Origin: a virus
Taxonomy: Duplodnaviria; Caudoviricetes
Length of the DNA: 44,691 bases
Virus record (IMG/VR): IMGVR_UViG_3300030493_000026
Coordinates: 1 to 44,691 of that record
Reading direction: 5' to 3' (one strand)
The notes below the pieces were generated by a model. The model searched no databases. It was not told the DNA's origin and saw nothing but the letters and a program-made list of their open reading frames with translations. Shown one piece after another: positions 28,919 through 36,417 of this stretch; position 1 is the first letter of the stretch; every line of letters starts with the position of its first letter. The position numbers and the translations under genes were made by a program.

Positions 28919-29496
28919 TTTTTCGCACCTGCCAGCATGTCGATGAGGTTGTGGATTTTCGGCATGGTCAGGGTCTGAAACGCCTTCATCCAAGCATCTT
29001 TTTTGTCATCAGGCATCGCGGAGGCAAGGAGCATGTCCCACGCCATAGTGCGGAAGTCCTCATCAGTCATTTTCTTTTCTTTGAGGGCTTGCGCTGGGTC
29101 GTCTTTTTTTGCGTCCGCACCGTCTAGTGCATCGCTCTCTGCGATTGAATAGGCGTTCTGGTATAAGTACCGTCTGAGGTAGGTTTGCACGGCTCCAAGG
29201 CTTTGCACGGGGTGGCAGTTCTTCAGGTCTGCGGTTGACATTGGGCTATGGAATACAATAAATTCATCCGTTTTCTCGGTGTTCACCAAGGTCAACGTTG
29301 CCTCTTCCCCGAAGTTCTCTAGGTTGCAGATTCCTAGTTCGATGCAGATAGGCGTGAGGACTGGGAGGATATCGGATAGCTCGTAGTATCTGGCATTCGC
29401 ACCGTTTCGGGTGATTCCCCTGTTTTCCCCTGTCATTTTCACGTTCTTCTCTTGAAACCGCAATCGCGCCGCGTTCAGTTTTTCGTAAATATTCAT
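28915..29496 (-). CDS. erf: ERF family single-strand annealing protein
   Basis: YYELSDILP and QSLGAVQTYLRRYLY..AYSIAESD ERF motif. Confidence 0.9.
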   Translation of the reverse strand: MNIYEKLNAARLRFQEKNVKMTGENRGITRNGANARYYELSDILPVLTPICIELGICNLENFGEEATLTLVNTEKTDEFIVFHSPMSTADLKNCHPVQSLGAVQTYLRRYLYQNAYSIAESDALDGADAKKDDPAQALKEKKMTDEDFRTMAWDMLLASAMPDDKKDAWMKAFQTLTMPKIHNLIDMLAGAKK

Positions 29497-29648
29497 TCCT
29501 CATCTCCTTCTTCCGTTTCCGATTCTTCGCCCTCAAGATCGTTGTCGTCATATTCCTCGTCATCAAACTCGATTCCAAGTTTCCGCATTCCCTCCACGTA
29601 CTCATCGCCCCAATCTCCCGAAGGCCATGTGCAACTTGAACCGATCAT
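29493..29648 (-). CDS. Tiny highly acidic protein (51 aa)
   Basis: GGAGG RBS and ATGA overlaps on both sides; 21 of 51 residues are D/E. Confidence 0.6.
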   Translation of the reverse strand: MIGSSCTWPSGDWGDEYVEGMRKLGIEFDDEEYDDNDLEGEESETEEGDEE

Positions 29649-29809
29649 TTCCTCCACCTCCTGTCCAGTTCCTTCACATCCTCTTCCGACAGCAACCGCT
29701 GGATTCTGCCGTTCTCGTATTTCACCTGCCCGATGTTGAAACGGTTGCAGATGTTCCAGATTGAGGACGGTGAGCGCCCTCGGTCTTTCGCGTACTGGCT
29801 CAGATTCAT
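29645..29809 (-). CDS. Small MerR/Xis-like HTH protein (54 aa), not in the ORF track
   Basis: MNLSQYAKDRGRSPSSIWNIC...RLLSEEDVKEL; GGAG RBS. Confidence 0.65.
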   Translation of the reverse strand: MNLSQYAKDRGRSPSSIWNICNRFNIGQVKYENGRIQRLLSEEDVKELDRRWRK

Positions 29810-30124
29810 CTATCTCCCCCTGTCGCATGGCAGAGTCTGCTCCACCACCTTTCTCAGTTCCTTGAACGCGCGTTCGTACTCATCGCGTTCAGCCGTCACA
29901 TCCACCAGTCGTACGTCAACAGGATAATCGCTTCTCTCGGCCTCGGCTTCCCGAAGTTGCCCTACCTCGCGGATAAGGTCGTCAATCTGCGCCCGATACC
30001 GTGCGGTCTGTTCCTCGACCGCCTCCACGACTCCCACCATGTAGAAAATCGCTCCCCTCGGACCATGCTCTGTGGTCAGCTCATCCACAATCTCCGTTGT
30101 GGTGCGTCCGTTCTTGAATCCCAT
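29810..30124 (-). CDS. Hypothetical coiled-coil protein (start revised to MGFKNG)
   Basis: GGGAGG RBS upstream of 30124. Confidence 0.6.
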   Translation of the reverse strand: MGFKNGRTTTEIVDELTTEHGPRGAIFYMVGVVEAVEEQTARYRAQIDDLIREVGQLREAEAERSDYPVDVRLVDVTAERDEYERAFKELRKVVEQTLPCDRGR

Positions 30125-30149
30125 GTCATTCCTCCCTTGTTTCGCTGAC

Positions 30150-30201
30150 AGCCTCGTCAGTACCAGCTTCACTGGTAGACCGCCCGAAGGCGGTTTCGGC
30201 T
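30150..30201 (-). ncRNA. Type II hammerhead ribozyme
   Basis: AGCC-GAAA-CCGCC(TTCG)GGCG-GTC-TACCAG(TGAAG)CTGGTA-CTGACGA-GGCT: all core nucleotides and three stems present. Confidence 0.92.
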
Positions 30202-30464
30202 TAGTCCCTCTTTATGTCTATTTCTGCGCCATTGGCAAGGGTGATAACGATGAACTTTTTCCCCCAGTCTTTTCTGCCTTCGACGTGGGTCACGGCCTCG
30301 TAGGCGATCGGGGTTGTCCATGCTTCGGAGGCGATTCCAGCATCGGTGAGGGTCATAGTGCGGTATGCGTCTTTGGTGACATATCCAGCTTTTGTGGTGT
30401 AGGTGCTGATTCCGGTTCCGTTCTTAAGGTTCTCGATTTTCTGAATCATGGTTGCTTTTTCCAT
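30201..30464 (-). CDS. Hypothetical early protein (87 aa)
   Basis: AAGGAG RBS; first gene after the leftward promoter. Confidence 0.75.
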   Translation of the reverse strand: MEKATMIQKIENLKNGTGISTYTTKAGYVTKDAYRTMTLTDAGIASEAWTTPIAYEAVTHVEGRKDWGKKFIVITLANGAEIDIKRD

Positions 30465-30494
30465 TTCGTATCTCCTTTATCTATCCTTACCTAT

Positions 30495-30523
30495 ATACTA
30501 CACCATGCTACACCATGTGTCAA
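30495..30523 (-). promoter_or_regulatory. Leftward sigma70-like promoter
   Basis: TTGACA-17 bp-TAGTAT; a tandem CTACACCATG x2 spans the spacer. Confidence 0.8.
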
Positions 30524-30548
30524 CACTTATTTACACTTATTTTTTTGG

Positions 30549-30578
30549 TTGACAACTGGAGGGGATGTGGGGTATATT
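30549..30578 (+). promoter_or_regulatory. Rightward sigma70-like promoter (divergent pair)
   Basis: TTGACA-18 bp-TATATT. Confidence 0.65.
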
Positions 30579-30590
30579 TGGGCTACGGAC

Positions 30591-30706
30591 TAATCAACCG
30601 TGAAGCACAATAACTGCAAGCATGAGCCTTAGTGTAGGTGGATTGACGTTGTTATTGGGCGTCAAGTATCGGCTGATTACCGAACACCTGCATTAAGGCT
30701 TTCTTT
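30591..30706 (+). ncRNA. C4/CI-like structured RNA with upstream complementary sites
   Basis: 16-bp basal stem (30625-40/30685-700), two arms with 7-nt loops and a U tail; both loops are complementary to upstream CAATAAC and TAATCA. Confidence 0.65.
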
Positions 30707-31048
30707 ATGTCCAGGTATTCGGAGCTTTGGATTTTGGCAGAATGGGTTTTGGGTCTGGGGCTGTCCGAGCCTCTACAGGGTGACTACGGAAGAGGCAACG
30801 ATGGGAGCGCAAAGGGCAAGGCGTTAGTAGCGGATGATACAGTCCGTCAACTGCCCAAAGTGATCGGTGGTATCGCACTCGGTCACCGCAACTGGCATAC
30901 GGCATGGCTCCGTAGAGCATAGGTTGTGAGTTGCTCAACCTCGTTTACTCGGGGTTGGGGAGCTTACGCACGAGCACCAACATCCACCATAGAGCATCTA
31001 GTTGTTAGTTAAGATTGAATAGGGTTGATAAATAGTTAAAAGAAAGTG

Positions 31049-31076
31049 TTGACAATATAGTATAATATGGTATGAT
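31049..31076 (+). promoter_or_regulatory. Sigma70-like promoter for the modification cassette
   Basis: TTGACA-16 bp-TATGAT in an AT-rich context. Confidence 0.65.
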
Positions 31077-31092
31077 GTATTTGAGATTAGTT

Positions 31093-31197
31093 AGGTAACA
31101 TCGACACTTACCCGACTGGTTATCAAAAACTAGTTAGCCTTGCATTGTCTTACCGTGTCGAACCTGAAAAGGTGGTAAGGTGGTGCAGGGCTTTTTT
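31093..31197 (+). ncRNA. C4/CI-like attenuator RNA in the methyltransferase leader
   Basis: 19-bp stem with G-U pairs (31136-54/31174-92), GTGTCGA bulge, ACCT-GAAA-AGGT hairpin and T run; upstream AGGT..TCGACAC is complementary. Confidence 0.65.
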
Positions 31198-31209
31198 ATG
31201 GAGGAATGT

Positions 31210-32607
31210 ATGGCTATTACAAAAAAGGACGATTTATTCCAGGACGTTATCGAAATCAAGTGCATCGAAAAGGTTGTTGATTCTGAGTATTCTATTAAGA
31301 TAGCTGATTTGGCTATCCGTGACAAAGTTGCATACCGTGCCGCAAGAAAGAATATGCAGATACACTCAGCAGTGGTGCTTGAGGTTAACAGCGAGTTCGC
31401 TGGATTCTTCACATTCCAAATTAACCATGAGGTTGGTGAGTTTTGCTTGCTACAATCTGCAATGGAGGAAGATAAGAAAGACGTTGACTTATACAAGATG
31501 ATGCTTGAGAAGATTATTGAGCAGAACACTTTTGGGTATCCAATGATCATGACGGTTTCAACAAAGCATGACCTTGAGAAACCAAGCGTTCTGGCTTCAG
31601 TTGGTTTCAAGACCTATCTTGAATTAAGCGGATACCATTACATGGTGCATGGAGAAATGTCGCAAGTAAGGTTTAAAAGGCTTGCACACGCAACCATGAC
31701 CAACTGTTGGAACTCTTACAAGGGTGACTGGATGAAAATGAAAAAGGAATGGAATGAACAGATTGAAGCCGCTGGGGTAAAGTTCGATATTCCAGACCCG
31801 AAAGCCGCTACTCGTAGCGGTTGCTGGCAGGGAACCAATGGATTGTCAAACGTAGTGCTTGGCTATCAGACTGTAGAAGATGGAGAGATAGTTGACCACC
31901 GTGAGAAGTCATTGAATGCGAATGCTTCAGTTCTTGACCCTGTTGCGTGTGAAGTTATTCTTAGGTTCTTTATGCCAAAAGACGGTAAAAGAGTGTACAA
32001 CCCGTTTGGCGGTGGTGTTCAGTTCGGTTTTATCACAGGCAGTTATGGCTATGAGTATGTTGCAAGCGAAATTAGGCAAAACCAGTGTGATGCAAACAAT
32101 ATGCTTTGCTCTGATTTTGGATGTGCCAAATGGATAAAAAGTGATTCTTCATCGTATGTGCCCGCTGGTAATTTCGACCTGTGCTTTACCTGTCCACCGT
32201 ACTACAAGGTAGAGAAATATCTTGACTATGATGGGAAGCCACCAGCCAATGAACTCAATTCACTCAGCACGTATGAGGAATTTAGAGCCATGCTTTTTGA
32301 GGGATACAAGAAAGCTATTTCAGTTCTGAACGATGATTGTTTCTTTGTGGTTATGATTGGGGATTCTCGTGACAGCAAGGGTGCGTACTATGGCTGTGAG
32401 GCAGAGCATGAGTTATTTTTCAAGTCACAAGGCTTACACATCTATAACAAAATAACCTATCTTGAATCAGAGTTTACCAGAAGGGCACACGCAAAAGTTA
32501 CCCTGAATACCAGGAAGTTCCCGAAATCTGAACAGAAAATATTGGTGTTCTACAAGGGTGACATTTCTAATATCGGTGACAGATTCAGCAAGGTCGGCAG
32601 GCTGTGA
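31210..32607 (+). CDS. GNAT-like domain fused to an N6-A/N4-C-type DNA methyltransferase
   Basis: C-terminal SVLDPVACE, VYNPFGGG (motif I) and FTCPPYY (motif IV variant). The N-terminal ~150 aa has a GNAT-like strand/helix order ending VLASVGFK. GGAGG RBS before 31210. Confidence 0.8.
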   Translation: MAITKKDDLFQDVIEIKCIEKVVDSEYSIKIADLAIRDKVAYRAARKNMQIHSAVVLEVNSEFAGFFTFQINHEVGEFCLLQSAMEEDKKDVDLYKMMLEKIIEQNTFGYPMIMTVSTKHDLEKPSVLASVGFKTYLELSGYHYMVHGEMSQVRFKRLAHATMTNCWNSYKGDWMKMKKEWNEQIEAAGVKFDIPDPKAATRSGCWQGTNGLSNVVLGYQTVEDGEIVDHREKSLNANASVLDPVACEVILRFFMPKDGKRVYNPFGGGVQFGFITGSYGYEYVASEIRQNQCDANNMLCSDFGCAKWIKSDSSSYVPAGNFDLCFTCPPYYKVEKYLDYDGKPPANELNSLSTYEEFRAMLFEGYKKAISVLNDDCFFVVMIGDSRDSKGAYYGCEAEHELFFKSQGLHIYNKITYLESEFTRRAHAKVTLNTRKFPKSEQKILVFYKGDISNIGDRFSKVGRL

Positions 32608-33404
32608 AAACATTTCTTGAAAAGATAACCTTGAGTAAAAATAGTCGGGGATGCTACATCCTCGACACTGTTAAAGGGTGCTTGGTGTGTGGGAAAGACA
32701 AGCCGCTTGGATGCTATGGGAATTGCTACGCATTGCAGATAGCGAAAAGGTACAAGCTCGATTTTACCCACACTGTAAAAAGAGGTTTTAGCCGTGAGTG
32801 TGACCAGCTATACTTGTTCGATGCTAGCGATCAGGAGCATATAGGTGACATAGTACATCAAATCCGAAATATCGATATGCCTTTTATCAGGATAGGTGAA
32901 ATGGGCGACCCGTCATACAATTGGGAGCATACCATCAATGTATGTGAGATTCTTTCGATTGCCGATAAGCCTATAGTTATCATCACTAAACATTGGGAGG
33001 TATTAACAGACAACTTGCTTGAGAAAATGCAAAAACTCAATATATGTGTCAACACTTCAATCTCAGCCCTAGATAGCAAGCAAGAGATAGCACACCGACT
33101 GAACCAATACCACAGGCTTAAAAAGTTTTGCAAATCCGTGCTGCGTGTCGTCACCTGCGATTTCAACACAAGCATTAAAGATGGAATTGAAAAGAACGAA
33201 CTACAAAATGAACTGTTGGTAAATTCCAAAGTGATCGATACCGTTTTTAGACCTGATAAGAAAAATATGTACATAGAATCAGGATTGATACGTGCTGAAT
33301 CTGTCAAATTTCTGGGGAGTAAATGCCTTGTAAGTATGCACGACAAAAGTACATTCATAGGGTACTGCAATGATTGCCCCGATATGTGTGGCATAAACTT
33401 ATAA
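32604..33404 (+). CDS. Radical SAM protein (spore photoproduct lyase/DUF5131-like)
   Basis: LDTVKGC...GCYGNCYA, IRIGEMGDP, IITK, NTSISALD and C-terminal CNDCPDMC; GTGA overlap with the MTase stop. Confidence 0.72.
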   Translation: MKTFLEKITLSKNSRGCYILDTVKGCLVCGKDKPLGCYGNCYALQIAKRYKLDFTHTVKRGFSRECDQLYLFDASDQEHIGDIVHQIRNIDMPFIRIGEMGDPSYNWEHTINVCEILSIADKPIVIITKHWEVLTDNLLEKMQKLNICVNTSISALDSKQEIAHRLNQYHRLKKFCKSVLRVVTCDFNTSIKDGIEKNELQNELLVNSKVIDTVFRPDKKNMYIESGLIRAESVKFLGSKCLVSMHDKSTFIGYCNDCPDMCGINL

Positions 33405-33424
33405 CGTTGCTTTTGTCACAAACC

Positions 33425-33453
33425 TTGACAGAATCCCGCAATTGTCATATCTT
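33425..33453 (+). promoter_or_regulatory. Sigma70-like promoter preceding a short hairpin-rich segment
   Basis: TTGACA-17 bp-TATCTT. Confidence 0.55.
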
Positions 33454-33533
33454 TGTGCTATAGCTAGCCGCAAGCTTGTGCGGGAGACGTCCCCAAGCGG
33501 TCACATGCCCCTGAAAATGGGGCAAAGTTTTAG

Positions 33534-33561
33534 TTGACATTTAACCAAGATACGGTATACT
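33534..33561 (+). promoter_or_regulatory. Sigma70-like promoter for the accessory gene run
   Basis: TTGACA-16 bp-TATACT. Confidence 0.65.
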
Positions 33562-33681
33562 GATGGTAGAGGTGGATATGGATGGCTGTATCGGATTCCT
33601 GGTATTGTTCGTTCTGGCCGTGGCGGTGTATCCGCTGTGGCGGGTTGGGGAATGGGCCTTGCAGAAGGCGAAGGAGATGAA

Positions 33682-34299
33682 ATGAATCATAAAGTAACAA
33701 AAGAAAATTTTCTGAAGGATGTAAAAGAGCATGAGATTACCATCTTTAAAAACGATGGCTTATACCGCCATATACGGTTCAGGAAACCACACGAAAGCGC
33801 TTTCTATTTTGATCTGGTCACATTCCCACATCATCTAGTCTACACCGGCGATATGGGAACATATGTATTCTCGCGGATTGAGGATATGTTCGAGTTCTTT
33901 AGAAGTAATGATGGCGAAGTGCATCCGAATTTCGATTACTGGTCTGAGAAGTGCCTTTCAGAATCAATTTTCGGTGACGGTATCAGAGAGTTTAGCATCA
34001 AAGAATTTGAGGACTGCGTTGTTGATCATGCGCGTGAATGCCTTGGGCGGGAGCAAGAAGAAGAACTCACAGAAAATGAAAAATTTGAGTTGTACGATTT
34101 GCTCCATTGCAATGATGAGTACGAAGCCGTTGAGGCTATTCGTGAGCACTGTTCATTGGATATCCCGATGGATGATTTTTCATGGAGTTCTTGCAGGGTT
34201 TTCACTGATCATTTTATCTGGTGTTGTTGCGCCATTCAGTGGGGAATCATGCAGTACGATGAGAAGGCGAAGGAGATGGGGAATGGAATCAATGGATAG
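33682..34299 (+). CDS. Phage hypothetical protein (start revised)
   Basis: AAGGAG RBS; DGLYRHIRF...FDLVT.P..L..TGDMG.YVF...YWSEK pattern seen in phage accessory genes. Confidence 0.8.
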   Translation: MNHKVTKENFLKDVKEHEITIFKNDGLYRHIRFRKPHESAFYFDLVTFPHHLVYTGDMGTYVFSRIEDMFEFFRSNDGEVHPNFDYWSEKCLSESIFGDGIREFSIKEFEDCVVDHARECLGREQEEELTENEKFELYDLLHCNDEYEAVEAIREHCSLDIPMDDFSWSSCRVFTDHFIWCCCAIQWGIMQYDEKAKEMGNGING

Positions 34300-34651
34300 A
34301 TTTATTTGTGAGACGATAGTTAGAAATGGTGGATGCGGTCGGATTATTTGTTATGGTGGTAGCAATTCATACATCAACGAGGGCGTTAATTGCCCGTTCA
34401 ATGATACTATGTGCGTTGGAACCGAAGCAGTCGAGCGTGCCAAAAAATGGCTCTCCGAGCATCCCGTTGGTTGCGAGTACTGCAAGAAGGATTCCAAAAA
34501 GACCTTGGAGCATAACGGCATGAAGCTGTCGTTATATGTGACAAGTTATGGGTACAGCGAGATTCAGATTCAAAGTCCCGAACATGAGAACACTGGCGAC
34601 TTTGAGATTGCATACTGTCCATTTTGCGGACGAAAGCTGGAGGGTGTATGA
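34283..34651 (+). CDS. Cys-rich zinc-ribbon hypothetical protein
   Basis: GCEYC...IAYCPFCGRKL. Confidence 0.65.
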   Translation: MESMDRFICETIVRNGGCGRIICYGGSNSYINEGVNCPFNDTMCVGTEAVERAKKWLSEHPVGCEYCKKDSKKTLEHNGMKLSLYVTSYGYSEIQIQSPEHENTGDFEIAYCPFCGRKLEGV

Positions 34652-35016
34652 GAGAATTTGCATTCAGAGCATGGGATACTAAGAAAAACCGCATGATTGA
34701 CGACTTTTTGAATTTTGCTGGATTGGAAGCCATGTACAATATGTCCAATCCTTGGCATGACGATAGGTACATCAAGGAGCAGTTTACCGGACTCACCGAC
34801 AAGAACGGGACGAGAATTTTTGAGGGGGATATTTTGAAGTGGTCGAATGGCGGTACTTTAACCGTTACTTATGAATCACGCAAAGAGTCCAAGACTTACG
34901 GGCAGGGGTGTTATGGGTATGCAAGAATAATCGGTTTCTCGATTGATGATTATTACGGAGATACTTGCATGTCGGAGGTCATCGGCAACATCCACAAGGC
35001 GAAGGAGCAATCATGA
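34648..35016 (+). CDS. YopX family protein (second paralog)
   Basis: MREFAFRAWD...QFTGLTDKNGTRIFEGDI...EVIGNIH. Confidence 0.92.
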   Translation: MREFAFRAWDTKKNRMIDDFLNFAGLEAMYNMSNPWHDDRYIKEQFTGLTDKNGTRIFEGDILKWSNGGTLTVTYESRKESKTYGQGCYGYARIIGFSIDDYYGDTCMSEVIGNIHKAKEQS

Positions 35017-35549
35017 ACGAACATTCAATTATCATGGGACCCGAGAGCGTAAGAGGTATCATTGGTGGCACGAAGACCATGACAAGGCGTATTTGTAAAC
35101 CACAATTCCCACAAGACGCAGATTATAATGGCGCTCATGTACTTTTGAGTCCTTACGGAGTGATTGGCGATCGCTTGTGGGTGAAAGAGGCATGGGCAAC
35201 AACACACTACTTCGATGCTTTCAAACCAAGCCTTATCCCGAATGGCGCAAACGTCCATTACCTTGCTAGCGAGGCTCTTGGTGGTCTTATGAAGCGTTCA
35301 CCCATGTTCATGCCACATTGGGCTTCACGCATCACGCTAGAGGTTACCGATGTCAGAATCGAGCGGTTACAGGATATCAGCCCTTTCGATGCGATCAAGG
35401 AAGGCTATCCAGACTTAGAAGCTGGAGGAGATTGCGTGCTTTGGTATGCAAGGTTGTGGAACAAAATCAACGTTAAGCGTGGTTATCCATGGTCTGATAA
35501 TCCATGGGTGTGGGTAATCGAGTTTAAGAGAGTGGAGGAGCAATCATGA
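35013..35549 (+). CDS. ASCH/PUA-like phage protein
   Basis: GTKTMTRR, GDRLWVKEAW, MPHWASRITLEVTDVRIERLQDIS and NPWVWVIEF. Confidence 0.8.
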   Translation: MNEHSIIMGPESVRGIIGGTKTMTRRICKPQFPQDADYNGAHVLLSPYGVIGDRLWVKEAWATTHYFDAFKPSLIPNGANVHYLASEALGGLMKRSPMFMPHWASRITLEVTDVRIERLQDISPFDAIKEGYPDLEAGGDCVLWYARLWNKINVKRGYPWSDNPWVWVIEFKRVEEQS

Positions 35550-35728
35550 ACCATTGTATCCACATCATCGACGACACAACCAAGCGTTTTGTCGAAGGCA
35601 AGGGATTTCTCGGTGTCTGCAAGAAGTGCGGAATATCCGTGATCCAGTCGAGAATCGTTCCGGTAATGCCGAGGGTCAAGCCGAAGATGAGCAAGAAGGA
35701 GCGCAGGGCGCAAAGTGGGAGAGTATGA
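35546..35728 (+). CDS. Small basic hypothetical protein
   Basis: ATGA-coupled on both sides. Confidence 0.55.
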   Translation: MNHCIHIIDDTTKRFVEGKGFLGVCKKCGISVIQSRIVPVMPRVKPKMSKKERRAQSGRV

Positions 35729-36417
35729 AACACACGAAAGAACCGTGGAGGCAAGAAAAGTATATAAAGAAGTTTTGGGATAATGTCGATAAAAAAGGTG
35801 AAGATGATTGTTGGATATGGACAAAAGGAACGCGGTCTGCCGGTTATGGCGTATTGCACTATGGTCATAAAACAATCACAACACATAGAATGTCTTATAT
35901 GTTGCATAACAACGTATCACTTAAAGACAGCGATTGTGTTTGCCATACTTGTGATAACCCGTTATGTGTAAATCCAAGTCATTTGTGGATTGGGACGAGA
36001 GCAGAGAATAATGCAGACAAGGAAGCAAAAGGCAGGGCAAAATACTATGTACAAAAATTTGGCATGCACAATACATATGCAAAATTAACCACCGCAGAAG
36101 TAGTTGCAATCAAAGTAATGCACAGGCTTGGATTCCCAGACAGGAGAATGGCAACTTATCTTGGCGTATCTCCATCAGAAATTTGTTTGATATTACAAGA
36201 AAAGGACAGGTGGCTAGCCGTTACTGAATCTAGATGTAATCTAACAATTGATGCTTGCGCTGGAATCACCAATGAGGCGTTGGAAAAGGGAATTGTGCTG
36301 GACTCTGTAAAATTACACGAAGCCATACTCGACCAACAGCCAAGCAGTTTTTCCAAAGAATATGGGGTGAGAGTATGGGAGTCTGGCATGATTGATGCTG
36401 AAGGGAGAAAATCATGA
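35725..36417 (+). CDS. HNH endonuclease plus HTH embedded in an MKHTKEPW-family frame (start revised)
   Basis: FW..VDK....CWIW, THRMSY, VCHTCDNPLCVNPSHLWIGTRAENNAD and AKLT...V..I. Confidence 0.88.
   Translation: MKHTKEPWRQEKYIKKFWDNVDKKGEDDCWIWTKGTRSAGYGVLHYGHKTITTHRMSYMLHNNVSLKDSDCVCHTCDNPLCVNPSHLWIGTRAENNADKEAKGRAKYYVQKFGMHNTYAKLTTAEVVAIKVMHRLGFPDRRMATYLGVSPSEICLILQEKDRWLAVTESRCNLTIDACAGITNEALEKGIVLDSVKLHEAILDQQPSSFSKEYGVRVWESGMIDAEGRKS

Noticed and set aside
29493-29828. 111-aa ORF as listed in the track
   Set aside because: Better explained by two coupled genes, 29645-29809 and 29493-29648, each with an RBS.
30178-30197. CCGCC-TTCG-GGCGG hairpin as a simple terminator
   Set aside because: It lacks a U tail on the coding strand and is better explained as hammerhead stem III.
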